Positions 47,908-59,139 of a DNA stretch of 64,000 nucleotides are shown here, piece by piece; the first letter of the stretch is position 1, and each line of letters starts with the position of its first letter. The position numbers and the translations under genes are program-made. The notes under the pieces were generated by a model. The model worked only from the letters and a program-made list of their open reading frames with translations. It had not been told where the DNA came from and made no database searches. Source of the stretch: a virus; IMG/VR virus record IMGVR_UViG_3300042868_012858, positions 1-64,000 of that record, one strand, 5' to 3'.

Positions 47908-49224
47908 ATGCCAATAAATCCAAATACATACTTTGCTCCAGCTTTAACGGATTTGCAATCTGAATTGACCGCAAAAATAGGGTCAATGAAAAGTATATTG
48001 GCTTTACCAAACATAAAAAAGCCAAACATACCGAAAGACCAGCAAATTTCTACTATGGATTATCTATTAAAGGTATTTTCATCTTTAGGTATAGATCCTC
48101 AGGTTATATTTAATGCGTTTTTATCTAGTGTTCTTGATGAATTCACTCCAAAATTAGAAGAATTTGTACTTAAGGCAATAGGTGATGCTTTTGGTCAAAA
48201 GGGAATACAAATTTCTCCTTACATAAATAATCCATTAGCTAATAGCGCACAGATACAAATTTTTAAAGATGAAAACTATAAGTTTCTTAAAAATTTAATA
48301 CCTGATACATTTCTACAAACAGCTAAACAAAAAATTGTAAGGGATTTAATGATTATGATTTTTGGCCCTAAAGATGGTCCTGCAGCGGAGGCGTTAAACC
48401 CAAATGCAGCAGAAAGAGAATATTTAATAAGTAATGCTGTTTGTGGACTTGGAATGTTCGCCATTTCAAATGATCCAGAGTTAAAAAATTCTGATATAGA
48501 ATATACTAGAATAAAGAAAAGACAGGAATTAGAAAAGGGTCAAGTTGTTTATGAAATATCTTGTCAGGATGTAAAAATTACTTTACCTGAAAATCCTACT
48601 ATTCTTTTTCAGGGAGGTGGTGTAAATTCAGTAGGTCAAAATTTACCACTAACTCCATATCAAAGTATTGTACAGATAAATCAATATGTAGTTAATCAGT
48701 CTCAAAAAATAAACAACGAGAAAAACTCAAATAAAGTAGGTAAGTCATTTTCTCAAATATTAGTAGAAAGTTTGATTAATGCTATGTCTACTTTAATTCA
48801 ACCATATTTGCCTAGTGTTTTTTCAACAATAGAAGCTGCCGTAGCTGTCGAAAACAATCTACCTGCTGGTTCTGTTAGTTTTCCTACGATAGATTTTGTT
48901 TCTAGTATGTGTGAGATTAATAATCTGACCAACTCTAATGATACCGAATCACAAAAAACGCAAAAAAAGGAATTTGTTAGAAGCTTGCTAAATTCTTTAC
49001 TTAAAGATTTAATAAAACTACTTTTGGTTTTTGCAATAAAAAGATTTAAAAAGTTCGTAAAACAATACTTTGCAAAAAGAGCAGTAGAAAGACAGAAAAG
49101 AAAAGCAGAAAAAGCTAGGCTCAAGTATGAGCAAATATTATCTAAAGTAAAAGATACTCAAGATAAGGTTGAAAAATACCAAGCAGCAATTAGTATATTA
49201 ACCAATTTCTTAGGAGCAATATAA
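47908..49224 (+). CDS. Hypothetical protein (tail/baseplate module)
   Basis: 438 aa in operon with spike gene. Confidence 0.5.
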   Translation: MPINPNTYFAPALTDLQSELTAKIGSMKSILALPNIKKPNIPKDQQISTMDYLLKVFSSLGIDPQVIFNAFLSSVLDEFTPKLEEFVLKAIGDAFGQKGIQISPYINNPLANSAQIQIFKDENYKFLKNLIPDTFLQTAKQKIVRDLMIMIFGPKDGPAAEALNPNAAEREYLISNAVCGLGMFAISNDPELKNSDIEYTRIKKRQELEKGQVVYEISCQDVKITLPENPTILFQGGGVNSVGQNLPLTPYQSIVQINQYVVNQSQKINNEKNSNKVGKSFSQILVESLINAMSTLIQPYLPSVFSTIEAAVAVENNLPAGSVSFPTIDFVSSMCEINNLTNSNDTESQKTQKKEFVRSLLNSLLKDLIKLLLVFAIKRFKKFVKQYFAKRAVERQKRKAEKARLKYEQILSKVKDTQDKVEKYQAAISILTNFLGAI

Positions 49225-49225
49225 T

Positions 49226-49642
49226 ATGGAACAAATACCTGTAGATTCTAATTTAAATATCGCAGAAGAGATAGCATCGTTTTTTCTTTTCTTATTAAAT
49301 GAAGATAGAACAATAACACCAAGACTATCTCTTAAGCAGATACTTACAGCAAAGGCAAGACCTGGTTTAAGTTCTGATATTTTGGCTACATCAATAATAG
49401 CTAGATTTCCAAGAATAGGAATACCTAATGGACCATTGGTCGGTGGGGCGCCAAATGTTATGGAGGAATTTGTTAAGGTTTTGTGTGAAGAAATAATTGA
49501 CGCAATTCAAAATGAAATGAGAGTTGACATTGCTTTGGATCCAGGGGCAACTGTAACAGCCGCTGGGGGAAATGCTGGAGGACCTGTAACTGTTGTTGGA
49601 GCTACAGTTGCACCTCACTCAGGAGTGGGTGTTGCAAGTTAA
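49226..49642 (+). CDS. Hypothetical baseplate-associated protein with Gly-rich C-terminus
   Basis: AGGNAGGPVTVVG tail; upstream of spike gene. Confidence 0.5.
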   Translation: MEQIPVDSNLNIAEEIASFFLFLLNEDRTITPRLSLKQILTAKARPGLSSDILATSIIARFPRIGIPNGPLVGGAPNVMEEFVKVLCEEIIDAIQNEMRVDIALDPGATVTAAGGNAGGPVTVVGATVAPHSGVGVAS

Positions 49643-49653
49643 TTTTATTTATT

Positions 49654-49875
49654 ATGAAAAAGACAAAACAACAATTAATAGAAGAAGCTAATGTTCTAGC
49701 AGAAGAACATCAATTCAAAAAAGATGTTATTGAAAAGATGCTTAATAGTTTAGATGAAAAAAAAGGTTTGACACCTGAGCATTTAGAAGCTATGGGTATA
49801 ATACAAAACATTTTAAATGAAATGGATGATATAGAAAAAAATCATCAAGAAATAATAAAACAAATAAAGAACTAA
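49654..49875 (+). CDS. Small coiled-coil hypothetical protein
   Basis: 73 aa, tightly packed in operon. Confidence 0.5.
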   Translation: MKKTKQQLIEEANVLAEEHQFKKDVIEKMLNSLDEKKGLTPEHLEAMGIIQNILNEMDDIEKNHQEIIKQIKN

Positions 49876-49876
49876 A

Positions 49877-50872
49877 ATGGCTGGTATTAACGACTTAGCG
49901 GCTTCTATTCTGCAAATGAATAATCAGGCTAATTTTGCATCACTTGGAAACAATAGTGCTAGGGGTGTATATCCTGCTATTGTTGTTAGTACTGATGACC
50001 CAACAGGTCAAAATAGAATTAAAGCTAGAATTGTTACGTTAGACAATGAAGGAAATGTTTCAGGAGGTAAAGATAGAGATAAGTTAGATAAAGACTTGGT
50101 TTATTGTTATCCTTTAATTCCAGAATTTTTCCACGTAAGACCTATAGCTCAACAATTAGATAATTCTGGAAAGATAATTTCACAAGGTGAAATGGTTTGG
50201 ATTATTTTAGAAAATTCTTCAGACGATTCTGCTCCTAGATATTGGGTAGGTCCAATAATTTCATCTCAATTAAAGTTAAAATTTCAAGCATACGCTGAAG
50301 CGGTAAAAATGACTGACATAACCCCGTTCAACGTAAACATAGCAACAAATAATGATTTTAAAGTTGACAATCTTCTTCCTGGATCAGCCGATGTGGCAGT
50401 GCAAGGTAGAGATGATGCTGATTTGATTTTAAAACCTAGACAATTAATTTTATCATCAGGAAAATTTAAGCCCAATTCTATTATACCAAATGATGTATCA
50501 CCTTCAAACCTTACATTAACTCAGTTTGATAACAATAAGATAGGTCCGTTAAAGACTTTTTCTCAAGCAAACATTCAATCATCAAATGTAAATATCTATT
50601 CTCCTATAGGAAAATTTAGAGATAAAAATTTGGCTAAATTTGAGGTAAATGAAAACCTAAAATCATTTGGAAATTTAGCAGACTCTTTACATCCAGCTGT
50701 TTTAGGAGACGAATTAGTTAAATTGTTAGATTTAATCATTAGGGTTTTACTTACTCACATTCATACACCACAAAATCCTTTATTGCCAACTCCAGATTCA
50801 GACACACTATTAGATTACACCGTTCAAGGTGAATTGCAAAATATAATATCTAACGTTGTAAGAATTAATTAA
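49877..50872 (+). CDS. Baseplate central spike (gp5/VgrG OB-fold type)
   Basis: AIVVSTDDPTGQNRIKARI OB-fold start; C-terminal PAVLGDEL...THIH (HxH apex). Confidence 0.75.
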   Translation: MAGINDLAASILQMNNQANFASLGNNSARGVYPAIVVSTDDPTGQNRIKARIVTLDNEGNVSGGKDRDKLDKDLVYCYPLIPEFFHVRPIAQQLDNSGKIISQGEMVWIILENSSDDSAPRYWVGPIISSQLKLKFQAYAEAVKMTDITPFNVNIATNNDFKVDNLLPGSADVAVQGRDDADLILKPRQLILSSGKFKPNSIIPNDVSPSNLTLTQFDNNKIGPLKTFSQANIQSSNVNIYSPIGKFRDKNLAKFEVNENLKSFGNLADSLHPAVLGDELVKLLDLIIRVLLTHIHTPQNPLLPTPDSDTLLDYTVQGELQNIISNVVRIN

Positions 50873-52293
50873 AAACTTCTTAAAACTTTAAATTTAATTT
50901 TTTCATTCTGTATTCTTGCTGTACCCAATTCTTTTACTCTAAATTGGATTTCATATGTTTGATTATGTAATAGCCAATTTGTCTGTAAATCAAAATAGTT
51001 AGAAGGACATCTATCTATTACAGCTTGATTTATTGGAGTCCAAGGAATCACCTCAACTTGATTATTCATAACCATTTTATACTCTATAGCATAGTTTGTT
51101 TTTGGAGCATTAGTAGAGAAATTAACTCTAAGGTCACAATATATTCTTATGTTTTCTTCTGTACTAATAATTGAGCCATTATCTATTCCATATGTTGTCA
51201 GTGAATACGCATTTACTTGTGGCGCATTTCTCATATAATAATTGTCTTGAACAACAAAATATTGAGTATAATCTTGCTTATCAAACCCAGGGTTAAAAGT
51301 AACTCCCTCCCAAATATCTTTGTATTGTTGACCTCTAGTTGCAGCGCTCATCCAAACATCTACGAAATAAACTCCTTTATCTATTCTAGTTGGAGTCAAT
51401 CCAGATTGAACTATTGCATTTGCCGAGTTTCTTATTGTAACTGTTGATGAAGAGAAAAAGTTTGCAGCGTCATTACCGCTGAATGTATATAAAAATAACC
51501 TGCAAGTTCTATTGTTGTTTATATTTAACCTATCATCAATAAAAGATTGATTATAATTAACTTCTATATAAGGTTTAAATGCTGTATTTGTGTTTTCTGT
51601 ATAAAAAGAAGCAATATATCTAGTATCTGTACTTAATAGTTCGTAATATCTACTATATGCAACTCCTATACCATTATTTGTTGTCCCTCCAGTCAACCAA
51701 TCTAACACAATATTAGTTATATCCATATCAATATCTTCATCGCCTATGTCAAAATGTTGTGAAGCATATTGAGTAACTGCTGTAGAAGCTGTAGGGTTTG
51801 AAAATACGCCAGGTTCATCCCAAGTGTTAACTTGCGTTGCATAATCCCAATTTGAGTAGCCTGTAATTAGAGGATTTTCGCCTAGGGCTCTTACTGTGTA
51901 AAAAGATTTTGTTAAATCATAACCTCTTCCTTGATCCCAATTTTTATTAATCGGAAAGCATATTAGGTCAAAAGATGAAGATATTTTTTTATCCAAAACG
52001 TCATATTCATACTCTGGCTCTAAAACCTTGTTTCTAGGAATACTATTTGTCAATTTTAATTTAAAAGAAGAAACATAATCAACAATTATTTCTCCATTAT
52101 TAATTTTATTTTGTAAATCGGACAAATCAAATTTTAAGATATATCTACTATAAGAATTTCTCTTCTCTGGGGATGTATCAGTTCCGCCACCACCATACCA
52201 AAGGTCAGTGATACTATTTTGTCCACTATTGAAATTTTTATACAATCCAGAGGCGATAGTGTTACTTTTTGAGGGGTATATACGAAATATCAT
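50869..52293 (-). CDS. Putative virion structural protein
   Basis: SRYILKFDLS, WDQGRG, DMDITNIVLDWL..NNG beta-sandwich-like motifs. Confidence 0.55.
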   Translation of the reverse strand: MIFRIYPSKSNTIASGLYKNFNSGQNSITDLWYGGGGTDTSPEKRNSYSRYILKFDLSDLQNKINNGEIIVDYVSSFKLKLTNSIPRNKVLEPEYEYDVLDKKISSSFDLICFPINKNWDQGRGYDLTKSFYTVRALGENPLITGYSNWDYATQVNTWDEPGVFSNPTASTAVTQYASQHFDIGDEDIDMDITNIVLDWLTGGTTNNGIGVAYSRYYELLSTDTRYIASFYTENTNTAFKPYIEVNYNQSFIDDRLNINNNRTCRLFLYTFSGNDAANFFSSSTVTIRNSANAIVQSGLTPTRIDKGVYFVDVWMSAATRGQQYKDIWEGVTFNPGFDKQDYTQYFVVQDNYYMRNAPQVNAYSLTTYGIDNGSIISTEENIRIYCDLRVNFSTNAPKTNYAIEYKMVMNNQVEVIPWTPINQAVIDRCPSNYFDLQTNWLLHNQTYEIQFRVKELGTARIQNEKIKFKVLRSF

Positions 52294-53408
52294 AAATTTA
52301 TTTTATTTAATTTATTAATTACTTTTTCATTAAATTTAATTCTTAATAGTTTAATTTCATTTTTTTTACAAAATTCATTTTTAATACTATCTCTATAAAT
52401 AGTCAAATTATATCCAATCTCCCCTCCAAATTTTTTTATTGGCTTAAAATGTTGCATTCCATCATATTCAATACATAGGTTATGGTTTGGTAAATAAAAG
52501 TCAAATCTTAATTTCCTTCCAGTTTTTGGATTAATACATTTATCAAATGTTTTTTGTTTAGTAAAAAATATATTATTTTTTTTTAAAAAATTATTAATCT
52601 CTTTTTCGCCTTTTGACTCCCTACAATGCGGACATCCTTGTTTTTGATTTAAGTGCGCATCTGGAGTTTGTGTAAATTCCCCATGCTCTAAACATATAAT
52701 TTTAATTTTTGTAGAGTTATTTTTATAGTCAACCAAGGAATAATCATATTTATCACCATGTATTTCTTTTGCTCTAATTATTAGTGAATTAATTGTTGGT
52801 TTGAATTTGCCACTACATTTAGAGCACCCATTTTTTGCTGATATATGATTGTTAGGGTTTTGTTCAAAAATCCCGTGTTTTGGGCAAATAATTTTAATTT
52901 TTGTTGAGTTATTTTTATAATCAACTAAGGAATAGTCATATGCATTACCATGTATTTCTTTTGCTTTCTTTGTAAAATCACCTACGGTTAAAGTTTTTGA
53001 TTTAATTAAATACTCTCTTGCACATTTATCACATCCGTGCTTAAGTAGATGATTTGACGGCACTTGTATAAATTCCCCGTGTTTTGGGCAAATAATTTTA
53101 ATTTTTGTTGAGTTATTTTTATAATCAACTAAGGAATAGTCATATGTATTACCATGTATTTCTTTTGCTTTCTTTATAAAATCATCTGTAGTTAAAGTTT
53201 GTCTTTTTGCTTGTTCTATTGCGGCGCATTTTTTACAACCGCCACCATTTAGGTGAACGCCTGCATTTTGCTTAAAACTTCCATGTTCGTTACAGATAAT
53301 CTCAACACTTTTTCTATTTCCTTCGTACACTGTATCAAAATAATCATATTTATGTCTATGAATTAAATTAGCTTTTTTTATAAACTCTTCTGTTGTCAAT
53401 TTTTTCAT
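52290..53408 (-). CDS. Free-standing homing-type endonuclease: four Zn-ribbon (DUF723-like) repeats plus PD-(D/E)xK nuclease
   Basis: HG.xYDYS.V.Y.N..TKIKIICxxHGxF.Q.P..H....GC..C x4; LRFDFYLP...IEYDGMQHF; start at ATG 53408. Confidence 0.8.
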   Translation of the reverse strand: MKKLTTEEFIKKANLIHRHKYDYFDTVYEGNRKSVEIICNEHGSFKQNAGVHLNGGGCKKCAAIEQAKRQTLTTDDFIKKAKEIHGNTYDYSLVDYKNNSTKIKIICPKHGEFIQVPSNHLLKHGCDKCAREYLIKSKTLTVGDFTKKAKEIHGNAYDYSLVDYKNNSTKIKIICPKHGIFEQNPNNHISAKNGCSKCSGKFKPTINSLIIRAKEIHGDKYDYSLVDYKNNSTKIKIICLEHGEFTQTPDAHLNQKQGCPHCRESKGEKEINNFLKKNNIFFTKQKTFDKCINPKTGRKLRFDFYLPNHNLCIEYDGMQHFKPIKKFGGEIGYNLTIYRDSIKNEFCKKNEIKLLRIKFNEKVINKLNKINL

Positions 53409-53541
53409 ACTTATAAATATTCGAAAAAAACATTGTTTCATTTTGTAGGATATGTTGTAAATGTGTTCATTGCTTTTTTCTATAAATAGATTTTTGTTTA
53501 TTTTTTTTACTCATCTATTTATATTTAAAAAGAATAATTAT

Positions 53542-53931
53542 ATGGCTGTAGGAGTAAGATTCCCATTTCAAGAAACCAACGAAGGGGGTGTATTTAGATA
53601 CACAAAATCCTCTGAGGAGGCAATTAGAACAAATTTAATTTCTCTTTTGACTACTAAAAAGAAGCAAAGGGTGATGAACAACAATTTGTATTCACCTCTT
53701 TATGAGCAAATTTTTGAACAATGGGATGAGGTGGCTCAAGATTCTTTAGATGGTAAACTTAATGATGTAATAAATAGATACATCCCAGAGATAACAATTA
53801 TAGATATACAATATACTTTTGACGAAACAACTTATGTTTTAACAGTTAAAGTTATATATTCTATAGATTATTTACCAGGCACTCAAAGTTCTGTAGAAGT
53901 TGGAGTTGCTCTACAACAAAATGTTTTATAA
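53542..53931 (+). CDS. gp25: Baseplate wedge protein (gp25-like)
   Basis: GVRFPF, AIRTNLISLLTTKK.QRVM, IFEQ, INRYIPEI; start at ATG 53542. Confidence 0.82.
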   Translation: MAVGVRFPFQETNEGGVFRYTKSSEEAIRTNLISLLTTKKKQRVMNNNLYSPLYEQIFEQWDEVAQDSLDGKLNDVINRYIPEITIIDIQYTFDETTYVLTVKVIYSIDYLPGTQSSVEVGVALQQNVL

Positions 53932-53940
53932 TACTAGAAA

Positions 53941-55797
53941 ATGGAAAATAATATTCAAGTAAACTACATAAGTAGGGACTATACTTCAATAAGACAAGAT
54001 CTTATAAATTATTTGAAGACTTTTTTCCCTGACCAATGGCAAGATTTTAATGTGGCATCGCCTGGTATGGCTATGGTTGAATTAAATGCTTACGTTGGGG
54101 ATTTGTTATCATACATTGCAGACAAGAAGTTTAATGAAATGTTTTTGGATGGTCTTACAGAAAGAGTATCTGCATATAGAATGGCTAAAACATTTGGATA
54201 TAAAATTCCAGGTGTTAGACCTGCAATATCATTAGCTGATTTATCGATAGAAGTGCCTGTTACAGCAGATGGTCCAGATGTAAATTATACACCCGTACTT
54301 AGAGAGGGAGTTCAAGTTAGAGGCGCTGGTCAAATATTTGAAACAATTAGTAGTATAGATTTTTCCAATGATTACAATGAAGAAGGTGTGGCTAATAGAA
54401 TTATAGAGCCAATACTAAATGGTAATCAGGATATTATTAAATATAGGATTACTAAAAGAGAAAAAATAAAAGCTGGTGCAACTAAAATCTTAAAAAGAGA
54501 AGTTTTAACAGCAGACGCCACGCCATTTTATCAACTAAATCTACCAGAGCCTAATGTTTTGGAAGTTTTAAATGTAATTGTATATGAAGGGCAGTTAGGA
54601 ATAACATCAACTCCGACATATCAACAATTTAACGATCCTGATCTTAGATTTTATGAAGTGGATTATCTGCCAACAAATAAAATATTTATGGTAGATGATT
54701 CTTCTATTAGAGTTGGAGGTTATTATGTGGGTAAATACGTAGAAGTTGAGAAAAGATTTGAAAAAGAATTTTTACCTAATGGTTCTTGTACTCTTACTTT
54801 TGGTGGAGGTCAAAAAGACTATGATGCCTATGATGCTTTTTTGACAAATTTATCAGGAGAAAAATGTCAAGGTACAGATTTGGATATATCTAAAATATTG
54901 AACAATACAGCATTGGGAGTTGTTGTTCCGCCTAACTCTACAATATTTGTCAAATATAGAATTGGGGGTGGTAATTTAAGTAACGTAGGATCAAACGTGT
55001 TAACTGATGTTTCTAATGTGGACGCTCAAATGGTTGGAACAAATGCAGTCACTAAACAGCAAGTTGTAGCGTCATTGAGGGTTACGAATCCTATACCAGC
55101 AATTGGGGGAAATGCACTACCTACAGTTAATGAGCTTAGAAAATATATTGCAGCAAATTACGCTGCTCAAAATAGATGTGTAACCATAGAAGATTACATA
55201 TCGAGATGTTATCAGATGCCAGGTAAATTCGGTTCACCGTTTAAGGTTTATGGTACAGTTGAGGATAATAAAGTTAAACTTTATGTACTTACAAGAGAAG
55301 CAAGCGGAAGATTAATAACAAGCTCTACTTCTGATATAAAGAGAAACTTGTTAAGATATATTACTCCTTACAGAATGGTAAATGACTTTGTTGAAATTAA
55401 TGATGCAAAAGTTGTAAACGTACAAATTGAAACTGACTTATATGTAGATAAAAGCTATAATATAAACGAGGTTAAAGCCAATGCTATTCAAGTGATTCAG
55501 AACTTTATGGATGTAGATAATTGGGAAATGAATGAGAATATCTATATTTCTCAAATTGTTGACCAATTAAGAGAAGTGCCAGGTGTAATAAATGTCGTAG
55601 ATATTAGATTCTATAATATGGAATCTGGAGGATATTCAAACACTGTTCATTTTCAAGCTACAGCAGATAGATTTTTATTATCTACAGGAGGTTTTAGAAC
55701 GCAAATAGAATATATTGATAATACTATATTAGGAACGCCTTTATCAATGTTTGAAGTGAAGTATCCAGATCGTGATATTTTAGTGAGAGTGGCTTAA
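53941..55797 (+). CDS. gp6: Baseplate wedge protein (gp6 / baseplate J-like)
   Basis: YISRDYTSIRQDL, AYVGDLLSY, YRIGGG..SNV, AQNRCVTIEDY. Confidence 0.88.
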   Translation: MENNIQVNYISRDYTSIRQDLINYLKTFFPDQWQDFNVASPGMAMVELNAYVGDLLSYIADKKFNEMFLDGLTERVSAYRMAKTFGYKIPGVRPAISLADLSIEVPVTADGPDVNYTPVLREGVQVRGAGQIFETISSIDFSNDYNEEGVANRIIEPILNGNQDIIKYRITKREKIKAGATKILKREVLTADATPFYQLNLPEPNVLEVLNVIVYEGQLGITSTPTYQQFNDPDLRFYEVDYLPTNKIFMVDDSSIRVGGYYVGKYVEVEKRFEKEFLPNGSCTLTFGGGQKDYDAYDAFLTNLSGEKCQGTDLDISKILNNTALGVVVPPNSTIFVKYRIGGGNLSNVGSNVLTDVSNVDAQMVGTNAVTKQQVVASLRVTNPIPAIGGNALPTVNELRKYIAANYAAQNRCVTIEDYISRCYQMPGKFGSPFKVYGTVEDNKVKLYVLTREASGRLITSSTSDIKRNLLRYITPYRMVNDFVEINDAKVVNVQIETDLYVDKSYNINEVKANAIQVIQNFMDVDNWEMNENIYISQIVDQLREVPGVINVVDIRFYNMESGGYSNTVHFQATADRFLLSTGGFRTQIEYIDNTILGTPLSMFEVKYPDRDILVRVA

Positions 55798-55857
55798 AAT
55801 ATTATATAGAACATCCTTTATTTTTTTATGTATCATATTTATATTTAGTAATTAATT

Positions 55858-58800
55858 ATGATACAACAAGAAGAATTACATATCAAACAATTCACTACGG
55901 GTGTTACTTTTTATATCTTTAGTGATGCTATTTATAATGATTTACCAGAAAGTCCTGATGAATATGAAGGACCTTTTCTTAGTTATGTCCTTTTTGATAA
56001 TCAAAATGAAATTTATTCATTAAATTATTATTCAGGAAGCACCATATGGACTAGAAATGATAAAAACAATTATATCCCAATTGGTGAGACAGGTTGGAAT
56101 TATAAAACTGGATATACTATTGTTACAACAATTGCATCGAATCTTTCTCAAGAAAATATTGACAATATGACTAGTTTAATGCTAAGTAGGCTGTCCGACC
56201 CAACAAGACCAGGGACGCCTCCTTCTGCATCAGCTGCAACTAACTATGTATTTTACAGAAAAAAATTAATAGACGATTTTTATGTTGACCTAAAGATTGA
56301 GAGAAGCTACAACTCTTTAGATACATTAAAAATAAACAATAATTTACTAAATAATTTCCCTGAACAAAATTCTCCTACAGGAGTTGTTTTTGGAAGATTA
56401 ATGGCAATACAAAAGATTAAAGATGAAAATGGTCAAAATATAAGAATACCACTACAAAATGTGCCATTAGGAGTTTTTAATCCTTCAGATGATTATCCTG
56501 AAACATTTTCTACAGATGATAACGGGGACAGATTAACATTAAACATAAAAGAGTCTGCAACTCCTAGTGATTACTTTGATAATTTAAGTTATTACACTGA
56601 CTACGACAACTATCTTAGATCGGCAGAGTCTTTTTCTGCTGTCCCAGCTCAATATAAATATATTACCAAGACAAATGAAAATGGTGAATTTATATTGTAT
56701 GATATACCAGTTGGTCAACAAACAGTGATTTTTGAAGTTGATCTTTTTAAACAAGGATTAACCAAAGACGAAATTGCGTTAAATTTTTTCCCTTTTCCGC
56801 CAACTGACCAACCAAATATAGATACTTTGCCTAGTTTTGTTTACAAGCAAGTACCTATTGATGTTGTGCCTGCTTGGGGGCTTGGTCAAACTGGTTACAC
56901 ATCTTTAGATATAAACATAAATCTAGATTTAAGAAAGTGGGTAACATATATATTGCCACCAGCAACATATTCTAATCAAAGATTGGATGTAACAACATCT
57001 CAAAGTCCAACAAAATCTTTGAAAGTTGATATTAGAGATATGACTGCCCCTGATTTTGTAAAAAGACCTATAGAAATAGTACAAATTCCAAACGATTTAG
57101 ATAGAGATTTAGGAGCTCAATACATTTGGTTTAATGAGTTTTCTCAAAAAAAGACTTCTATACAATTTACTAATTTTGGATGTCACGTTTTTAAATTACC
57201 AGCAAATATTTATGACCCATCTGGTTATAGAACTGATAAAGATGGAAACCCCACAACAAAAAAAGGTGTTTGGTTAGCTTCGTATCAACTTAATGTTTAT
57301 ATAGATAAGATATTTTCCCAAAGAAGCACGGGCGCTGTAGCTTACCCTACATCAAGCGGAAATTTTACAAGAAGTCATTATCATTTAAATTATGTGAGTG
57401 GAAATCAACTACCTGAAAGTTCAGATAGTGCTCCTCCTCAAATAGGCACTTTCCCTTATGAAAAACCTTGGTCTGCCACATATCCGAATAAATATTCTAT
57501 TCCAAAAAAACCAACACAAAAACGTGTTGAGTGGGGACCAGATAGATTATTATATCCAACAAGCACGGCATCAAATCCGATATATTATGCGGATGAACCA
57601 GCTTATTCTGATGGAGATTTAGTCGGAAACCCAGTATACGGATCAATAGGAAATGTTGGAGGCTTCGGCGTACAATATTTTGGAAGCACTTGGTTTTATA
57701 ATAGAATATCAAATGTAGCCACTAAGACCTATATGTATAAATATGAAAAAGATGTTTCTTGGTCTGAAACCTATGCAAACGGGTATGAGCCATATTGGAC
57801 ATCTGCAAACCAACCTTATACAAATCAAGAATTTCCTTTTGCTCAAATTTCTCAAGTTGTTGATGGTGAAAAATATCAAAGACTAGAATGTGGATATGGT
57901 TATTTTTTAAGACCTCAAGGGTGGATTACGATAGCTAGAGCGCCATGGGCTGGGGATGTTCCTATTGATTCTGATTTGCTAGCTGGATTTGGTTCTTCTG
58001 AAAATCCAGGGCCTGTAAGTATTTCTAGCGGAGTGCAAGGCGGTTGGTATTATAAAAAACCACACCCTCTCACTATTTATAATATAGAAAATCAAAATTT
58101 TGCATTACATTTAGGAGGGGGTAGTTTAATAAAAGAGGGTACTTTGGATTTTTATAGAGTTGTTGAATCTGGCCCTGACAAAGATGGTAATTTTCAAAAC
58201 ATTGCAGCAAATGAGACTTTTTTTATACCTACATATGTGCGTTTAAATATAGAAGGCGCCTTTTTGTGTTTTAACATAGAAATTAAAAATATAGGCGAAA
58301 TACCAGCTTCAATAAAAAACCCATATAGAGGAGCAGTTCAGGTGGATAATAACGGAAATATTGAATATTTCCCATCTGGAGCAGATTTTACTTTAGAAAT
58401 AGGCGGTAAATTTAGAATGGCAGATTCACCAGCTTCTGTTTTTATGCCAGATTTAGGAACTAATACTTTTGAGACGTATTTTTATGATGGAAGGTCTAAT
58501 TTTAGACAAGTTAGTGGCGACGGAGATTCAATGTGGGTAAGAGACACGGTAAGCTTTACATCGTTATTACTTCCTGGAAATGCTAATGTATCAGATGATA
58601 ATCAAAATATTTTTACAACAGCCAAATACGAAGTAAGCGTACTTTATTATAGAAGATATAATAGCTCAATTGACATTGAGGTTTCTAACCCATCAAGCTC
58701 TATAGATGGCGCCACTCAAACAATTCCTATTGTTGGAAACAATTATATAGGTATTAATCCTTATGATGCATTAACTTCTAGTAATAGAACTTTTTCTCAA

Positions 58801-59139
58801 GATTATGCCACCTATGAAATACATAGTATAGAAAATGATAATCAATTAATAAACGCCAGCACTGTCACTCCAGGTGGATATATAAAAAAGACTAAAACTT
58901 TATTAGGAACTGCAACCAGTAGTGGCGGTAATCTTTATTATATACGCACCGAAACAAATGGAGGTTCGCATGGTATAATACATGAAGGGATTGGAAAGTA
59001 TTTCTTTTATGGAGATGATGATTATTGGGACGATGAAGACTATACATTATACAATATGACAATAGAAGGTCCAACCAATAATTTATGGGGTAATTTTAAC
59101 GATGGAAATGAAGATTATGGATATGGCAGATTTGCTTAA
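55858..59139 (+). CDS. Large baseplate/tail structural protein
   Basis: Follows gp6; GVVFGRL..IPLQNV and TKTNENGEFILYDIPVG (prealbumin-like fold); late motif upstream. Confidence 0.6.
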   Translation: MIQQEELHIKQFTTGVTFYIFSDAIYNDLPESPDEYEGPFLSYVLFDNQNEIYSLNYYSGSTIWTRNDKNNYIPIGETGWNYKTGYTIVTTIASNLSQENIDNMTSLMLSRLSDPTRPGTPPSASAATNYVFYRKKLIDDFYVDLKIERSYNSLDTLKINNNLLNNFPEQNSPTGVVFGRLMAIQKIKDENGQNIRIPLQNVPLGVFNPSDDYPETFSTDDNGDRLTLNIKESATPSDYFDNLSYYTDYDNYLRSAESFSAVPAQYKYITKTNENGEFILYDIPVGQQTVIFEVDLFKQGLTKDEIALNFFPFPPTDQPNIDTLPSFVYKQVPIDVVPAWGLGQTGYTSLDININLDLRKWVTYILPPATYSNQRLDVTTSQSPTKSLKVDIRDMTAPDFVKRPIEIVQIPNDLDRDLGAQYIWFNEFSQKKTSIQFTNFGCHVFKLPANIYDPSGYRTDKDGNPTTKKGVWLASYQLNVYIDKIFSQRSTGAVAYPTSSGNFTRSHYHLNYVSGNQLPESSDSAPPQIGTFPYEKPWSATYPNKYSIPKKPTQKRVEWGPDRLLYPTSTASNPIYYADEPAYSDGDLVGNPVYGSIGNVGGFGVQYFGSTWFYNRISNVATKTYMYKYEKDVSWSETYANGYEPYWTSANQPYTNQEFPFAQISQVVDGEKYQRLECGYGYFLRPQGWITIARAPWAGDVPIDSDLLAGFGSSENPGPVSISSGVQGGWYYKKPHPLTIYNIENQNFALHLGGGSLIKEGTLDFYRVVESGPDKDGNFQNIAANETFFIPTYVRLNIEGAFLCFNIEIKNIGEIPASIKNPYRGAVQVDNNGNIEYFPSGADFTLEIGGKFRMADSPASVFMPDLGTNTFETYFYDGRSNFRQVSGDGDSMWVRDTVSFTSLLLPGNANVSDDNQNIFTTAKYEVSVLYYRRYNSSIDIEVSNPSSSIDGATQTIPIVGNNYIGINPYDALTSSNRTFSQDYATYEIHSIENDNQLINASTVTPGGYIKKTKTLLGTATSSGGNLYYIRTETNGGSHGIIHEGIGKYFFYGDDDYWDDEDYTLYNMTIEGPTNNLWGNFNDGNEDYGYGRFA

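Noticed and set aside
1594-55797. Bacterial eCIS/T6SS locus or eukaryotic giant virus
   Set aside because: A gp23-type capsid, gp21 protease, scaffold and neck genes accompany the sheath and baseplate, which indicates a tailed phage.
481-59074. Short ORFs in the track that overlap long genes (e.g. 481..681, 2519..2776, 22029..22343, 45822..46298, 48798..49124)
   Set aside because: They are antisense or out-of-frame shadows of well-supported genes, with no motifs or promoters.
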